Origin: Podarcis muralis
Taxonomy: Eukaryota
Assembly: GCF_964188315.1 (NCBI RefSeq)
Contig: NC_135667.1
Span: 16,492,001-16,556,000, forward strand
Reading direction: 5' to 3'
DNA length: 64,000 bases
The position numbers and the translations under genes were made by a program. The notes under the pieces are model-generated. The model was not told the origin of the DNA. It searched no databases and saw only the letters and a program-made list of their open reading frames with translations. Shown here one piece after another: positions 37,582-50,649 of the stretch (the first letter of the stretch is position 1; every line of letters starts with the position of its first letter).

Positions 37582-38242
37582 TGTTATAAGAATTAAGGTC
37601 TCAAATATATAAATTAAATGTACAAGGCAAAGACGTACATAAATATATACACCACATGTCTGAAACAGTACAGGAAGACAGTCCTGAAACCATTTTGACT
37701 CTCCCAAACTGACCAAATGTTTCTCTGCAAGGAGGGAGGAAATGAAAAAAAGCCTCCCCATTGTCTCTGTGCTCACCAATCCTGCCTTAAGGGCACATTT
37801 AAGATATGAATAGGGTGAGCCTGTGACCTGGATTCAGGAATTAAGTAGTTGTAATAACAAAAGAATGGCCAGTCTGGCCCGGTGATCCAATCAGTGACCA
37901 TTGACAGGTTTTCTGCCAGACAGGATTTTGCTGGAAACCACCTTTCTATTATGTATGTTTGATGTTTCTGGGGGTGGTCTGGAATTTGATGGTGGGCAAT
38001 TTCAAAAGTCTACATAAGGGCGAGCACACCTTTGTTCTGGGTCCCTCCCCCCCTCCTGTGGGGGGGGGGAGCACCCTATTGCAACAGCTTTAATAAAGAT
38101 CAGGCTTACTAGCTGCTTTGCTTCTCAATATTCTCTGGTTGTTTTCTGTTATTTTCTCCCACAGATAGAAAACCTACAAAAGGACTCTATGGGCTCTTGG
38201 GTACCCCATATGGGAAAAGGAGCAGGTTTTTTCCTCATAACA
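37582..38242 (+). mobile_element. Solo LTR (family 2)
   Basis: TGTTAT...ATAACA termini, 4-bp TSD CTGC, TATA-like CTACATAAG and AATAAA. Confidence 0.82.
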
Positions 38243-38296
38243 CTGCTATACCCTAGGTCTTCACCTGGTGAGTTGCAGCCTGACCCAATGAGCACT

Positions 38297-38763
38297 TTGT
38301 TGTTGTTGTTTAGTCATTTAGTCTCTTCGTGACCCCATGGACCAGAGCACGCCAGGCACTTCTGTCTTCCACTGCCTCCCGCAGTTTGGTCAAACTCATG
38401 CTGGTAGCTTCGAGAACACTATCACGAGAGTCCCATGGACTGCAAGAAGATCAAACCTATCCATTCTGAAAGAAATCAGCCCTGAGTGCTCACTGGAAGG
38501 ACAGATCCTGAAGTTGAGGTTCCAATACTTTGGCCACCTCATGAGAAGAGAAGACTCCCTGGAAAAGACCCTGATGTTGGGAAAGATGGAGGGCACAAGG
38601 AGAAGGGGACGACAGAGGATGAGATGGTTGGACGGTGTTCTTAAAGCTACCAGCATGAGTTTGACCAAACTGCGGGAGGCAGTGGAAGACAGGAGTGCCT
38701 GGCGTGCTCTTGTCCAGGGGGTCACGAAGAGTCGGACACGACTAAACGACTAAACAACAACAA
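38297..38763. mobile_element. Fold-back BovB dimer: 3' ~125 bp on minus joined to 3' ~340 bp on plus
   Basis: 38297-38421 is the reverse complement of the BovB 3' end. 38425-38763 encodes RVPWTARRSNLSILKE...KSRTRLND followed by a CAA tail. Confidence 0.92.
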
Positions 38764-39609
38764 TTTTTTAAAAAGAGAGACATGGTGCTAAGGGATAAAC
38801 TGTCTGGGAAACTACATAAATGAAGAACAAAGAAAAAAAATGTTTAGGGGCACTTTCATTTTCCTTTTCGTATTTAAATACTGCCCCTCAATGAGGCCAA
38901 ACTTAGATTCACAAAATGTTTAGGAGTATGCGTTACCCCTGTGTCCCCCCCCAGAAAAAAAGCACCGAAAAGCTCCATGGTCATCATGGCAGCCACCCCA
39001 GAGCCAGTTGGCAGGGATGTTGAAGTGTCCCCCCAAACCAGCAGTCTAGGAGTCCTCAACACCACCTTTGAGACCAGCTCTGTCAGCTCAGGGAGAGAGA
39101 CTGCTGGGCAGCAAGGAGGGCAATAAACATGGGAAATCCCAAATGTGTCCTAATTGCCTCATGCCAGGAGCACCTAACCTTAAAGACTCCCACAACCAGG
39201 TGGGGAGACACATCACACACAAGACGGATCACAAGTAAAAAGCATCATATCACCCAAAATATCTGGAGAACACCAGGTTGGCAAAGTCTAGATTTTGGGG
39301 GTACCCGTGTCCGGTTTAGTATGTGTGGCCAGGCCTGCCTAGTACTCTTTGAACTGAACCGGATTGAACTGAGAAAGTCGCGTGCTCCTGGCTTGTCCTT
39401 TATTGGAGATCTCGCCTCCCCAAACTCAGCCTCCTGAAAATCCATTCATACCAAACTGGGGAATGGAGGTTATGGTGGGAGGGACTCAGAGTGGCAGCGC
39501 CGTTCCCTATTGGCTCCATTCACTGCCATTCACCCTTAATTCCGAGTCCTCTCCTTGCCATCCCCATTCACACGCTTCCCCCACCCACCCTGCCGGTGAG
39601 AGGTGTTTT

Positions 39610-39624
39610 AGCGCCACCTGCTGG
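39610..39624 (-). promoter_or_regulatory. CTCF consensus site
   Basis: Reverse complement reads CCAGCAGGTGGCGCT, a near-perfect CTCF core. A second site in the same orientation (CCAGCAAGTGGCGC) lies at ~40020-40033. Confidence 0.6.
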
Positions 39625-40470
39625 CTAATATTTCAATTGCTCCTTGTTGCTTCCACACCTGCAGACTCCGCTGTGGCTTGGAGAGTTAACCCAAGATGTG
39701 CAGGTAATAATAATAATAATAATAGGCAAGTGTGGGAGGGCTAGTGATGATCAACGTGTGAAAATCAGTTCAAATGAAGATGGCCTAGCTAGCGGGTCAG
39801 AAAAGAAATCTGCAAAAGATTGTCACCAACAGTCACCAACATTAAAAAACAAACAAACCTTGGGTTGTACACAATAGCTAAAAAAAGCACATTAACCGGC
39901 AAATTCAGGGGGGGGGTGTGCAATGAAAGCTGATTTGGAGCTCTGGTGAAACTTGCTCCTCCAAAACCGAACTTTTTCCTATGAGAAAAGTGACATGGAG
40001 ATTCATTGGAAAGTGTGGGGCGCCACTTGCTGGATGCAACTTTGTCTAATTAAACTCCCTACAAGCAGTTCAGGATGGATGCTCATTCAGAAGACAACCG
40101 TTATCTCATCTCTCCACAACCAAATCAGGACAAATGCTCAACACACAGGTTGACCAGAAGGTGAACAGTTAGCATGTCAGTCTTGGAACTGGACTAGAAA
40201 GAGACACGGAGACCGGACTTGCTGTCTGCGAGAGTCTAAAGCTATGGCCTGGGGCTCCCTTCCTAGAAAACTAATGGAGGAGAAGGATCTGTTGGGGTCT
40301 TAATGCCGCGTGAACCTTCCACCTTCCATTCAGCCTGTATATCTGTGGAAATAAATCTTTTATGGCAGAAAATGCCATCAGCCTCCAGTGACCTTCATTC
40401 CAAGGAGACCAATACTCTGCTATGCACCAAGACCTTGTGATCTCTTCCTGCTTTGAGATTGGGGTGTGCT

Positions 40471-40827
40471 TAAAGGTAAAGGTAAAGGGACCCCTGACCA
40501 TTAGGTCCAGTCGTGGCCAACTCTGGGGTTGCGGCGCTCATCTCGCTTTATTGGCCGAGGGAGCTGGTGTACAGCTTCCGGGTCATGTGGCCAGCATGAC
40601 TAAGCCGCTTCTGGTGAACCAGAGCAGCGCACGGAAACGCGTTTACCTTCCCGCCGGAGCGGTACCTATTTATCTACTTGCACTTTGACGTGCTTTTGAA
40701 CTGCTAGGTTGGCAGGAGCAGGGACCGAGCAACGGGAGCTCACCCCGTCGCGGGGATTCGAACCACTGACCTTCTGATCGGCAAGTCCTAGGCTCTGTGG
40801 TTTAACCCACAGCGCCACCCGCGTCCC
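40471..40827 (-). mobile_element. Sauria SINE
   Basis: Full-length reverse copy. Confidence 0.92.
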
Positions 40828-41603
40828 TTAGCATCCAATAAGTAAAATAAATAAATAGCAGTTGAAAACAGCCCTACCCTCTGTGGATCTGTCTGCCCCC
40901 TGTAAAGCAATCACTGTTTGGCATCAGAGGGAGATTTACCCACTAGATTTCAGTCTCTTGCTGTACTGACCGAGCTACCAAGAGAAGGTTAAGGGGAGAC
41001 ATGCTAGAGAAAGCAGGTGTGATTCCAAGGCTGTAATGGAGGTACTTACATGTACCGGTATCTACTCACAGGGAAATGTATCCACATTGCAGCCAAAGCA
41101 ACCTGTGTGTTTGATCACCCCCTGGAAGTCCACACTGCTGTTGTAGCTGCTTCTAAGTTGCAGCAGGAAGTTCTGTTATGTTCAGAATTTCCGAGTTGCG
41201 GAGGTTGGCGCTAATGAAAGAAACCCTATGCTATAGGACAGAGGGCTGAGTCCTGACTCAGAATAAGCAGATTAAGCAGGCAGAAAACCAGCTTAATGTG
41301 TAATCCAATTTCGTGGAGCAAAACTGGAGCCCTGGAGGTTCCCAATCTGGTGATCGGTACTTAGCGCTTCAAGCAACAGATTTCACTGTCAGGGCAAATG
41401 CCACTGGAAAGAACGGATAAGCTTGGGATCCCAATCCCACCCGTGTTGGAGACGCAAGGAAACCAAGTCCTGTGAGAAGCAGCTGAAAGAGCAGGACAGT
41501 TTAGCCAGGTGAAGATAAAACGAAGAGGAGGCGCCACAGCGTCCTTCAAAGGGTCGTCACACAGAAGATGGGGCAGACTTGATGGCTCTCCCTTTGTGGA
41601 ATG

Positions 41604-41897
41604 TGTTATGTACTGAAGTTCTCACCCTGGGCCAGCAGGGGGATACTGTAGATAGTTATGCAAATGAAAGATCGAAAAGTGACTAGTGATTGGATAGTTT
41701 TGTATGCAAATGAAGGATCGAAAAGTGACGTTCAGTGATTGGATAGTTTTAGAAAATGGCAACAGTTACATTGTTCTGGAGCTCTATATAAGCAGGCTGA
41801 CTGAGCTCCTCAGCTTAGTTCTGTTCCAGCTTACAAAATAAAGAGCTGCTTTGGAGAAATCGCTGTGTCGTCTGCTATGTCAACCCACAACTTAACA
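41604..41897 (+). mobile_element. Solo LTR (family 1, second copy)
   Basis: Highly similar to 17340-17632; 5-bp TSD GAATG. Confidence 0.9.
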
Positions 41898-42822
41898 GAA
41901 TGCTCTCCCCAGAGAAGCTCGCCTGGTGCCATTGATACATATCTTCAGGCACCAGACAAAAATATTCCTTTTTAACCAGGCCTTTGGCTTTTAACTATCT
42001 ATGGCCCATGGGTGGAATGTTTCAACATATCCTCCCCAATTTTAATCTATGCATTATTATTTCGGGGCAACCCATTTTCTAAGTAGCTTTGAGCTGCCGT
42101 ACCAGAAAAAAACGACTAAGAAATTAATAAGTGGTCCAAAGGCAACAGCTGTTGGACAGCGGATCAGACTCTCTTTCTCCACCAGCAGGGATGCTGTGGC
42201 TGTTAAGTTTACTGCATTGAGCAGGGGTCACTAGATGATCTCCAAAGACTGTTCCAGCTCTAAAATCCTGTTCTTCGACTGACAAAGTCGCTGCTCAGGA
42301 GAGCAAGCAACTGGATTCAGGTTTGCTTCTTTTTAGAAGCAGTTCTGCTGCATCACAGTGGCAGAAATCTTTAATTCCCTTTAATTGCACAGCTCCATGT
42401 GTCCTGCAATGTGCTTCCTTCCTATCAAATACCATCTATCTAGAGACACCTGTATGCCTCGTTCCTTGATGAAAAGATTTTTAAAGTTTCACCTGCTCCT
42501 CCCTGTTATCTCTATAGGCTATCTTGAGTTCAATTTCTTGGTAACGCCAGAGCGTGACCTGACCTGGGGAAACTGGCTTTTGTCAAGTGGCATATCACAG
42601 GGTAGCGTAAGCAAGCAACAAACAAGCAAACAGGCATATATCCCTGTGGAGAGGGGTATGGAAAGACCTTCACTAAGGGGAGAACACAGGACAAGAGACC
42701 AAGGGAGGTCATACTGTTACGTGCAGCCCAGTATCAAATAGGTGAGAGAGTTCACGGGTGGCAGCAGTTTTTTATTTTCTTGGAATAAAACTCACTGGAG
42801 GCTGTGGAGTCTTTTGTGTATA

Positions 42823-43939
42823 CAGTGGTACCCCGCAAGACGAACGCCTCGCGAGACGAAAAACTCGCAAAACGAAAGGTTTTTTCGTTTTCGAGTTGCC
42901 TCGCAAGACGAATTTCCCTATGGGCTTGCTTCGCAAAACGAAGCTTGCCCCGGGGACAGCGGGTCTTCTCTTTTGAAGCAAGGGGAGGCGGGGAGATCAC
43001 TTCTTCCCACCGCCCCTTGCTTCAAAAGAGGTCTGCCCCCGACCTCTTTTGAAGCAAGGGGCTGCGGGGAGATCGCTTCTCCCGGTGCTCCGAAGCGGGG
43101 TGGGGGGGCGGGAACACCTGCCCCAGCCGCCGGGCTTCGTAGCGCTGCTGCGAAGCCGGGCGGGGGGCGGGAACACCTGCCCCAGCCACCCCGCTTCGGA
43201 ACGCTGCTGCGAAGCCGGGCGGGGGGCGGGAACACCTGCCCCAGCCACCCCGCTTCGGAACGCTGCTCCGAAGCGGGGGGGGGGGCGGGAACACCTGCCC
43301 CAGCCGCCGGGCTTCGTAGCGCTGCTGCGAAGCCGGGTGGGGGGCGGGAACACCTGCCCCAGCCACCCCGCTTCGGAACGCTGCTCCGAAGCCGGGCGGG
43401 GGGCGGGAACACCTGCCCCAGCCACCCCGCTTCGGAACGCTGCTCCGAAGCGGGGTGGGGGGGCGGGAACACCTGCCCCAGCCGCCGGGCTTCGTAGCGC
43501 TGCTGCGAAGCCGGGCGGGGGGGGGGAACACCTTCTGAAGGCGGGCGGGGGGCGAAAGTCTTTGTCCCCCCTGCCTGCCTTCCCAGGGGCTTTTAAATCG
43601 CCCCGGACAGCGGAGAAGTCCTCCGCTGTCCCGGGGCGATTTTAAAATGCCGCCCGCCAGCATTTTAAGATCGCCCGGACAGCGGAGAAGTCCTCCGCTG
43701 TCCCAGGGTTTTTTAAAATGCTGGGGGTGGGAAGAAAAGCCCTTGTCCCCCCCCCCCCAGCCTTCAGAAGAGGTCCGGGGACAGTCTGTCCCCGGACCTG
43801 GTCTGAAGGCGGTTTCCCTAGGAATGCATTAATTGATTTTCAATGCATTCCTATGGGAAACCGTGCATCGCAAGACGAAAAAACCGCAAGACGAAGAGAC
43901 TTGCGGAACGAATTAATTTCGTCTTGCGAGGCACCACTG
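42823..43939. mobile_element. Young Tc1/pogo (Tigger-like) non-autonomous element with internal GC-rich minisatellite
   Basis: TIRs CAGTGGTACCCCGCAAGACGAA / TTCGTCTTGCGAGGCACCACTG, TA target duplication and intact CpGs. Confidence 0.88.
43090..43540. repeat. Minisatellite of ~59-bp GC-rich units (about 7-8 copies, two alternating variants)
   Basis: Unit GGGGGCGGGAACACCTGCCCCAGCC(ACCCCGCTTCGGAAC|GCCGGGCTTCGTAG)GCTGCT..GAAGC; it explains the repetitive ORFs at 42742-43663. Confidence 0.9.
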
Positions 43940-43978
43940 TATATGGCTTTATTTATACACATCTATACAGTCTGAACA

Positions 43979-44318
43979 GAGGGACGCGGTGGCGCTGTGG
44001 GTTAAACCACAGAGCCTAAGACTTGCTGATCAGAAGGTCGGCAGTTCGAATCACTGCGACAGGGTGAGCTCCCATTGCTCGGTCCCTGCTCCTGCCAACC
44101 TAGCAGTTTGAAAGCACATCAAAGTGCAAGTAGATAAATAGGTGGGAAGGTAAACAGCGTTTCCATGCGCTGCTCTGGTTCACCAGAAGCGGCTTAGTCA
44201 TGCTGGCCACATGACCCGGAAGCTGTGCGCCGGCTCCCTCGGCCAATAAAGAGAGATAAGCGCCGCAACCCCAGAGTCGGCCACGACTGGACCTAATGGT
44301 CAGGGATCCCTTTACCTT
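43979..44318 (+). mobile_element. Sauria SINE
   Basis: 15-bp TSD TATACAGTCTGAACA at 43964-43978 and 44319-44333. Confidence 0.94.
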
Positions 44319-45752
44319 TATACAGTCTGAACATAAGAGAGAAGGACCCATAGCATTGGCACTCCAATAAATCTTGCTTTCCTGTTAAGTTTTCAGGGAC
44401 ATCCTCCCCAAGCTATACTTTTGGTTGTAGCAAAGAGAGCAAATTAAGCCTCTCTGTCTTCCCTACTTTGGATGTGACTAGCCTGAACTAGGCCCTGGCC
44501 TATTGCTCTCCTTCCCCTGGAATTACGTATATGGCATACAACCGGATGTGGAGGGAGGCTTGCCTACTCCTCCAGAAGGTACTGCTAGCTGGTTGTTTCT
44601 ATGGCAACACATCTTTACTTGTCCAACTCTTTAGACATGTAAAAAAAGAGGGTTTGACAGGCTTAGCTGGGGCCATTAACTTCACCATGAGACTGGTCTC
44701 ACCACTGCAGCAGCTCCTTCCACCACAGAATCCCGCCCCACAGATACGAAGCCACGGGCTTGGATGGGACCCACAGATATCATCCCAAATCATCACTACC
44801 TCCCACTCTATAGCAATGCAATCAAATGAGTGCAGCTAATATGTGGGGTTTGTGAAAGGATCACAGCACCGCTTAGCAGAGCACCTCATTTTTATGCAGG
44901 AAGTTCCTGGTGATGGGGAAAGACTGACCACTGCCCTGGAGGTACCACATCAGAGTCGGCCATCTTGGTCTGGCTCAGGGTAAGGCAGCACCACACATTC
45001 CTAGTTTCTTGAATCCTTGCCTTTGTTGGAACAACACAAGAGCCTTTGTTCCGGGCAGATTTATTTTGGTCATTCGCAGCCTACATGTGAATAGAACGTG
45101 CCGGCTGATGGGTGGGTCTTTCCTCACATTTCTACTTCCCTTTTGGGAAAGGGCTGCAGCTCCGTCAGAAGAGCATCTGACTTGTATGCAGAACATCTCA
45201 GTTTTAATCTCTAGTTAAAGCTGGGAAATGGCCCTGCATGATGCCCCTGGAGAGCCATCATTGTACAGCTGGACCAGTGGCCTGACAGAGATTAAGGCAG
45301 CTGCCTATGGACCATTTCCCCAAAGGCCCAGAAGTCCATATTAACTTGCTCCTCTAATTCTCCAGGCCAGAGGTTTTCAACCTTTTGGGGTCCACAGCTC
45401 ACTGCATTCTTTCTGTGGCACCCCTGTGGGGCTCAGGAGCCCAGTTGTGTCACCCCTTGCCTGCAGGGCTGGCAGCCTCTCACCCTTTTCCGAACACCCT
45501 CCCTTGGGGTCCTCCTCTCCTCTCCCTTCTCTCCTTGGGAGTCCTCTGGGCAGCTGCTGCTGCTGCAACAAACAGCTTTGCAAGCCTTTGGGAGGCAGAG
45601 ACTTGAGAGGGCATCAGAGGAGGGAGGGAAGGAAAGAGGGACAGAGGCCAGTGTTGCCTGCAGCACCCTTGACCATCAGTCAAGGCACCCCAGGGTGCCA
45701 CAGCACACGGGTTGAAAGCCATTGCTCTAGGCCCAAGTCCCTTCTTGAAGAA

Positions 45753-45755
<3 letters not shown>

Positions 45756-45797
<42 letters not shown>

Positions 45798-45811
45798 CCC
45801 CCCCCCCCCTC
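45756..45811. repeat. (CT)n plus poly-C microsatellite
   Basis: Direct observation. Confidence 0.9.
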
Positions 45812-47628
45812 AGACACACTCCATGCTTGTTTCCTCAGAAGTAAGTCCTACTGTGTTCAGTAGGGCTTCCTTGTAGGAGGCAAGTGTGCTGTCACAGCTT
45901 CTATGTTGAGGTGGGGAACCATTTTTCCAGCCCGAGGGCCACGTTTCCATCTGGGAAAGCTTTTGAGGGCCACACGCCAGAGATAAACACAGACGGAGCG
46001 GCAAATGTAAATTTTGCCTTTAGGGGTCATAGGGACAGAAGTCCCTTCAAAAGATGATTAAGATGTTTATATATGTTACAACGGCAGCTAGGATTCTCTG
46101 TGCACAAAAATGGAAATGAGCCACTCTAGAAGAACGGATAAGCGAGGCGATGGATTGCGCAGAATTGGCAAAGCCAACAGCTAAAATAAGAGAACCTAAT
46201 GACGAAGGTTTTGTGGAAGAACGGAAACCCATTTCGGATTATTAAAGAAGTATTATTATATGGTGAACGTGTGAGCAGGATTTGAACTATGAGCAACAGA
46301 CGGGATCTAAGATTCCAGCAGTTTTGTTAAGGTTTAGGAGATAGTAGACAGGATGCAGCAGAGGGAGAGGAACAGAAACACCATGGAAAAGAGGAAGGGG
46401 AATTGGGGCAGAGTTTTTATTGAAATGTATGTGTGAAATTCGTGGGGGGGGGGGACCCAAACTTTTACCCTCTTGCACCCCTGGTCTATTCTTGATCCAG
46501 GCAAGCAAAAGGCCTTATGAGAGTTCAAGGACACATTCCCAGCTGGGCAAAACAACAGTCAAGGGGAAGGGTGCCAGGCAGGGCCAATAAGGATGTAGCC
46601 AGGGAGAGTTCTGAGGGCCACATAGAGAGGGTTGGAGGGCCCCGTTTTGCCCCAAGTTTGCCACCTCTGCTCCATGAGGAGGAGCTTTTGTTGACTTCGG
46701 CTCCTCCACATGGAGGACTACGACTCCCATCACCAAGAGCTAATGGGAACTGGAGTCCAAAACATCTGGAGGGCACCAGGTTGGCTGACGCGGAGAAGAC
46801 GGCAGTCTAATTTGAGAAAGCAGAGGAAGTCAAAGCCAGAGGGTGGGGAGAAGGGTGGTCCATCAGGGGGATGCCGAGGGCCCACATCCATGCAGCTGTG
46901 TGGAGGCGTTAGCTCTGGCAGCTATTCCCATCTCTCTCGGGAGTTTCATTTCAGCTTTCCCTTTGTCTGCGGCCGGCCTGTTCCGTGCAGGGGACTTTCT
47001 GATAATGTGGAACCAAAAAAACAACCCCTTTCCCCCCCCCCCAAAGCAGAACACAAGAGGCAGAACAGATTGAAGAGGACGAAGGAGAAGACGGTGGACA
47101 AACAGAAGAACTGAAGTGTCAAGTCGACTCTAGAGGAAAAGGTAAAATTAAAACTGGCAGCATCAGAGTTATATTTTATGCTTCTCAAGGGGCCTTTTTA
47201 TCGTTGGAGACAAAAGTGGATGTTTCGTCTCTGCACACATGGGGGAAGTGAGTGCAGGCGGGAAACAAAAAGGCTGTCAAAGGCATTGTGTTGGGGGGGG
47301 GCTGAAAATGATGAGTGGTTGCTTAAACAGGGGCTGTTAGGGTCTGTCCTCAATGGGCAACACAGGGAAGTGAGTGTGGCCCTCCCAAATGGCCACTGTC
47401 AGGGAGGCTCTTGCAGGACTAGTCTTGCTAACTTGCCTGCAACCCCACAGCTCCACGGCCAAATCCTCAGTCCTTTGCAGCCCTGCTTCCTTCTTCCTAG
47501 AGAACCCAGGAGTCCGGCTTTCTACCTTAACCCTGTCCTCATACAGATTTCAGGAATCCGAAGACAGAACCCAATTCTGAAAAGACACAGGCTTGGCTTA
47601 ATTTAAGCCTAGGCTTAGCCCCAGAAGA

Positions 47629-47633
47629 ACACA

Positions 47634-47686
<53 letters not shown>

Positions 47687-47697
47687 TCACTCACTCA
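47629..47697. repeat. (CA)n/(CACT)n microsatellite
   Basis: Direct observation. Confidence 0.9.
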
Positions 47698-47858
47698 GTG
47701 TTAGAATCATAGAATCATAGAATCATAGAGTTGGAAGAGACCACAAGGGCCATCGAGTCCAACCCCCTGCCAAGCAGGGCTTAAGTTCAGTGCCAGGGCT
47801 TAAGTCCTGGAACAAAATGAATGTTTCTGAGCATGTGTTGAGTGCTTTTTACTCCCTG

Positions 47859-47861
<3 letters not shown>

Positions 47862-47904
<43 letters not shown>

Positions 47905-48510
47905 TATTATTTATACCCCGCCCATCTGGCTGGGTTTCCCCAGCCACTAGGCGGCTTCCAACTGAACATTAAAAACAATACAGCATTAGACATTAAAAAC
48001 TTCCCTAAAGAGGGCTGCCTTCAGTTGTCTTTTAAAAGTAAAATAGTTGTTTATTGCCTTGACATCTGCTGGGAGGGCGTTCCACAGGGCAGGCGCCACT
48101 ACCAAGAAGGCCCTCTGCCTGGTTCCCTGTAACCTTACTCCTCACAATGAGGGAACCGCCAGAAGGCCCTCGGCGCTGGATCTCAGTGTCTGGGCTGAAC
48201 GATGGGGTGGAGACGCTCCTTCAGGTATACAGGACCGAGGCCGTTTAGGGCTTTAAAGGTCAGCACCAACACTTTGAATTGTGCTTGGAAAAGTACTGGG
48301 AGCCAATGCAGATCTCTCAGGACCGGTGTTATGTGGTCCTGGCAGCCACTCCCAGTCACCAGTCTAGCTGCCACATTCTGGATTAGTTGTAGCTTTCGGG
48401 TCACCTTCAAAGGTAGCCCCACATAGAGCACATTGCAGTAGTCCAAGCGGGCGATAACCAGAGCATGCACCACTGGTGAGACAGTCCGCGGGCAGGTAGG
48501 GTCTGCAGCT
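47862..48510 (-). mobile_element. L2-clade LINE 3' fragment with (ATT)n tail
   Basis: ORF LVIARLDYCNVLYVGLP...LHWLPV...FKVLVLTFKALNGLGPVYL; AAT microsatellite tail at 47862-47903. Confidence 0.88.
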
Positions 48511-50183
48511 AGACTCCTGGCAGCCTGCATTAGGATGAGAAGGGAAGAACTGGAGTGTTTGTTGCAGATGATGATTTTTCATAAGACCCTGGAGTTTTCT
48601 GGGTCTTGTTTTATAGGGTAAAACCCAAGAGATATTTGGAACCAGGTTTACTGGATAAGGGTCTTTGTGTCTTATATAACATAATAGAATTGTTAGAAGT
48701 ATGTGTCTGAACCCACATGCGTGTACATCACTCACATGTATTCATACACACACTTTTAAAGAGGTTTGCGATATTTCGTTGTAATTATAATGTGCATCTG
48801 TTTTTTGAATATGTGCGTCACCCTTAACCGTACGCCCACAAGAAATTCTTATACAAAGGGATAAAGAAAGCTTGTTTTATTCTATGAAATGAAAGCAACA
48901 GAATAACAGCAAAGTTACAATTTAAGCAGGCAGCAAATCCCACAACACAAACCTTGAACTAAAGAGGGGGAGAATGCCTACATATTCTCAAAAGCCTACA
49001 GAAGTGAGCATGAAAAAATTGTCCCAGAACTCACACTTCTTAATAAAAGTTAAGAAATGCCAATGACTACAAATCTCAGGGTTCCTTACAGCCTTTTCTT
49101 CATGGAGAAAGGAAGGGGCCCTTCAGATGAACATTTCTATCGCCTTTTCCTTGCAATTCCTGCTCAGCTTCATCTCTCCCATCTTGCAAATTAATTGTGT
49201 TAAAGAAAACCACCTGGTGGGTGTTGGCTAAACAAACCGGCATCCTTTGTTTGCTTGCTGCCTTCAAACCATCTCACCTTTATCTTGATGGCCCCATTCA
49301 GGTGGTGAATAGACTACACTGGCAACTAAAGTTACACGTGCTCACCTTTATGCAAGGTGTGAGGAACACAATATGTTTCCTGAATGCCTTCAGGACATGG
49401 TTTGAGACCGGGCTGGTACCAGGGTTGCAAAAGTTCATGATGGAGGGTCTCCTGTCATTTTAGAGTTATGTCAGTTTTCTTGCCTGTGCCATGACCTACA
49501 TCACAGAATAAGTTCAGATTGACACACGATCCTATGTTTGAAGTGCTTTGAATAATATTTGGAGGATATCTGGCTGGTGTAGATATAGGCAGGAGAAATG
49601 GGGCAGAGTCCAGAGAAAGGCAAAACAGAGATTTAACACATAGATTATGATTAATAACAGTAAGATAATAATAGCCCAACCTGCAAGTGAGATGCAGGGT
49701 CAATCTTGTTGGAAATCCTTCATTTTAAAGTGACGCCTCGATAATAATTTATCATCTAAAAGCCATAGAGCAGGTGTGGGAAATGTTTGGCCTTCCAGAT
49801 GTTGCTGAACTACAACTCCCACCACCCCTTCCCATTGGCCAGGTTTGCTGAGGTTGCAGGAGCTGTAGTTCACCAATATGTGGTGGACCAATGGCTCCAC
49901 ACACCTGTCACAGAACATTAGTGTAGGTACTTAAAAGGACCGGGGCACTAAATAGTCTAAAGAAATTTCAGTAGTAAAGGGTGGGAGTGGATGATCCTGG
50001 AAAGAAGCTGGACCAAATTCTGTAGACCCACCACCCCAATGTGCCTGAAAAAATACCTGCCACCTCCCCACCCCACCCCCTGTGCCTCTCATAGGTGTGG
50101 CACAGGCACAAACCCAAGAGGTTAGGCCTTTCCTAGCATAAAGATGCTGTAATGGGGGAAACGTCATTTGATGAATTTCTGTA

Positions 50184-50425
50184 CAGTGGTACCTCAGGTT
50201 ACATATGCTTCAGGTTACATACGCTTCAGGTTACAGACTCCGCTAACCCAGAAATAGTGCTTCAGGTTAAGAACTTTGCTTCAGGATGAGAACAGAAATT
50301 GTGCTCTGGCAGTGCGGTGGCAGCAGGAGGCCCCATTAGCTAAAGTGGTGCTTCAGGTTAAGAACAGTTTCAGGTTAAGAACGGACCTCTGGAACGAATT
50401 AAGTACTTAACCTGAGGTACCACTG
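50184..50425 (+). mobile_element. Tigger/pogo-like MITE, family A, ~220 bp upstream of the connexin-like acceptor
   Basis: Same TIRs and TA TSD. Confidence 0.9.
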
Positions 50426-50649
50426 TATTATGTATTTGTTAAATGCACAAAGGCCCTAAAAACCAGTTTTTAAAAATGTACATGTGAAAAAAGAAGCAGC
50501 AGTGCCCTTCATTCAAAACAAAACAAAAAAGCCTATTGGCCATTCTTAACTCTCTCAGGCCTCTGAAGACCACAGAGCAACCAACTTTTGCACAATCATG
50601 TTTAGAAAGGAAACTCATTTTCTTCTCATCTCTTCCCTTCTCTCAGCAG

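Noticed and set aside
42742-43663. Long 140-250 aa ORFs on both strands
   Set aside because: They are translations of the GC-rich minisatellite inside a MITE, with no domain or splice context.
50536-50649. N-terminal extension of the connexin ORF from the ORF track
   Set aside because: It starts at a TTG and runs through a polypyrimidine tract and AG acceptor, so it is intronic.
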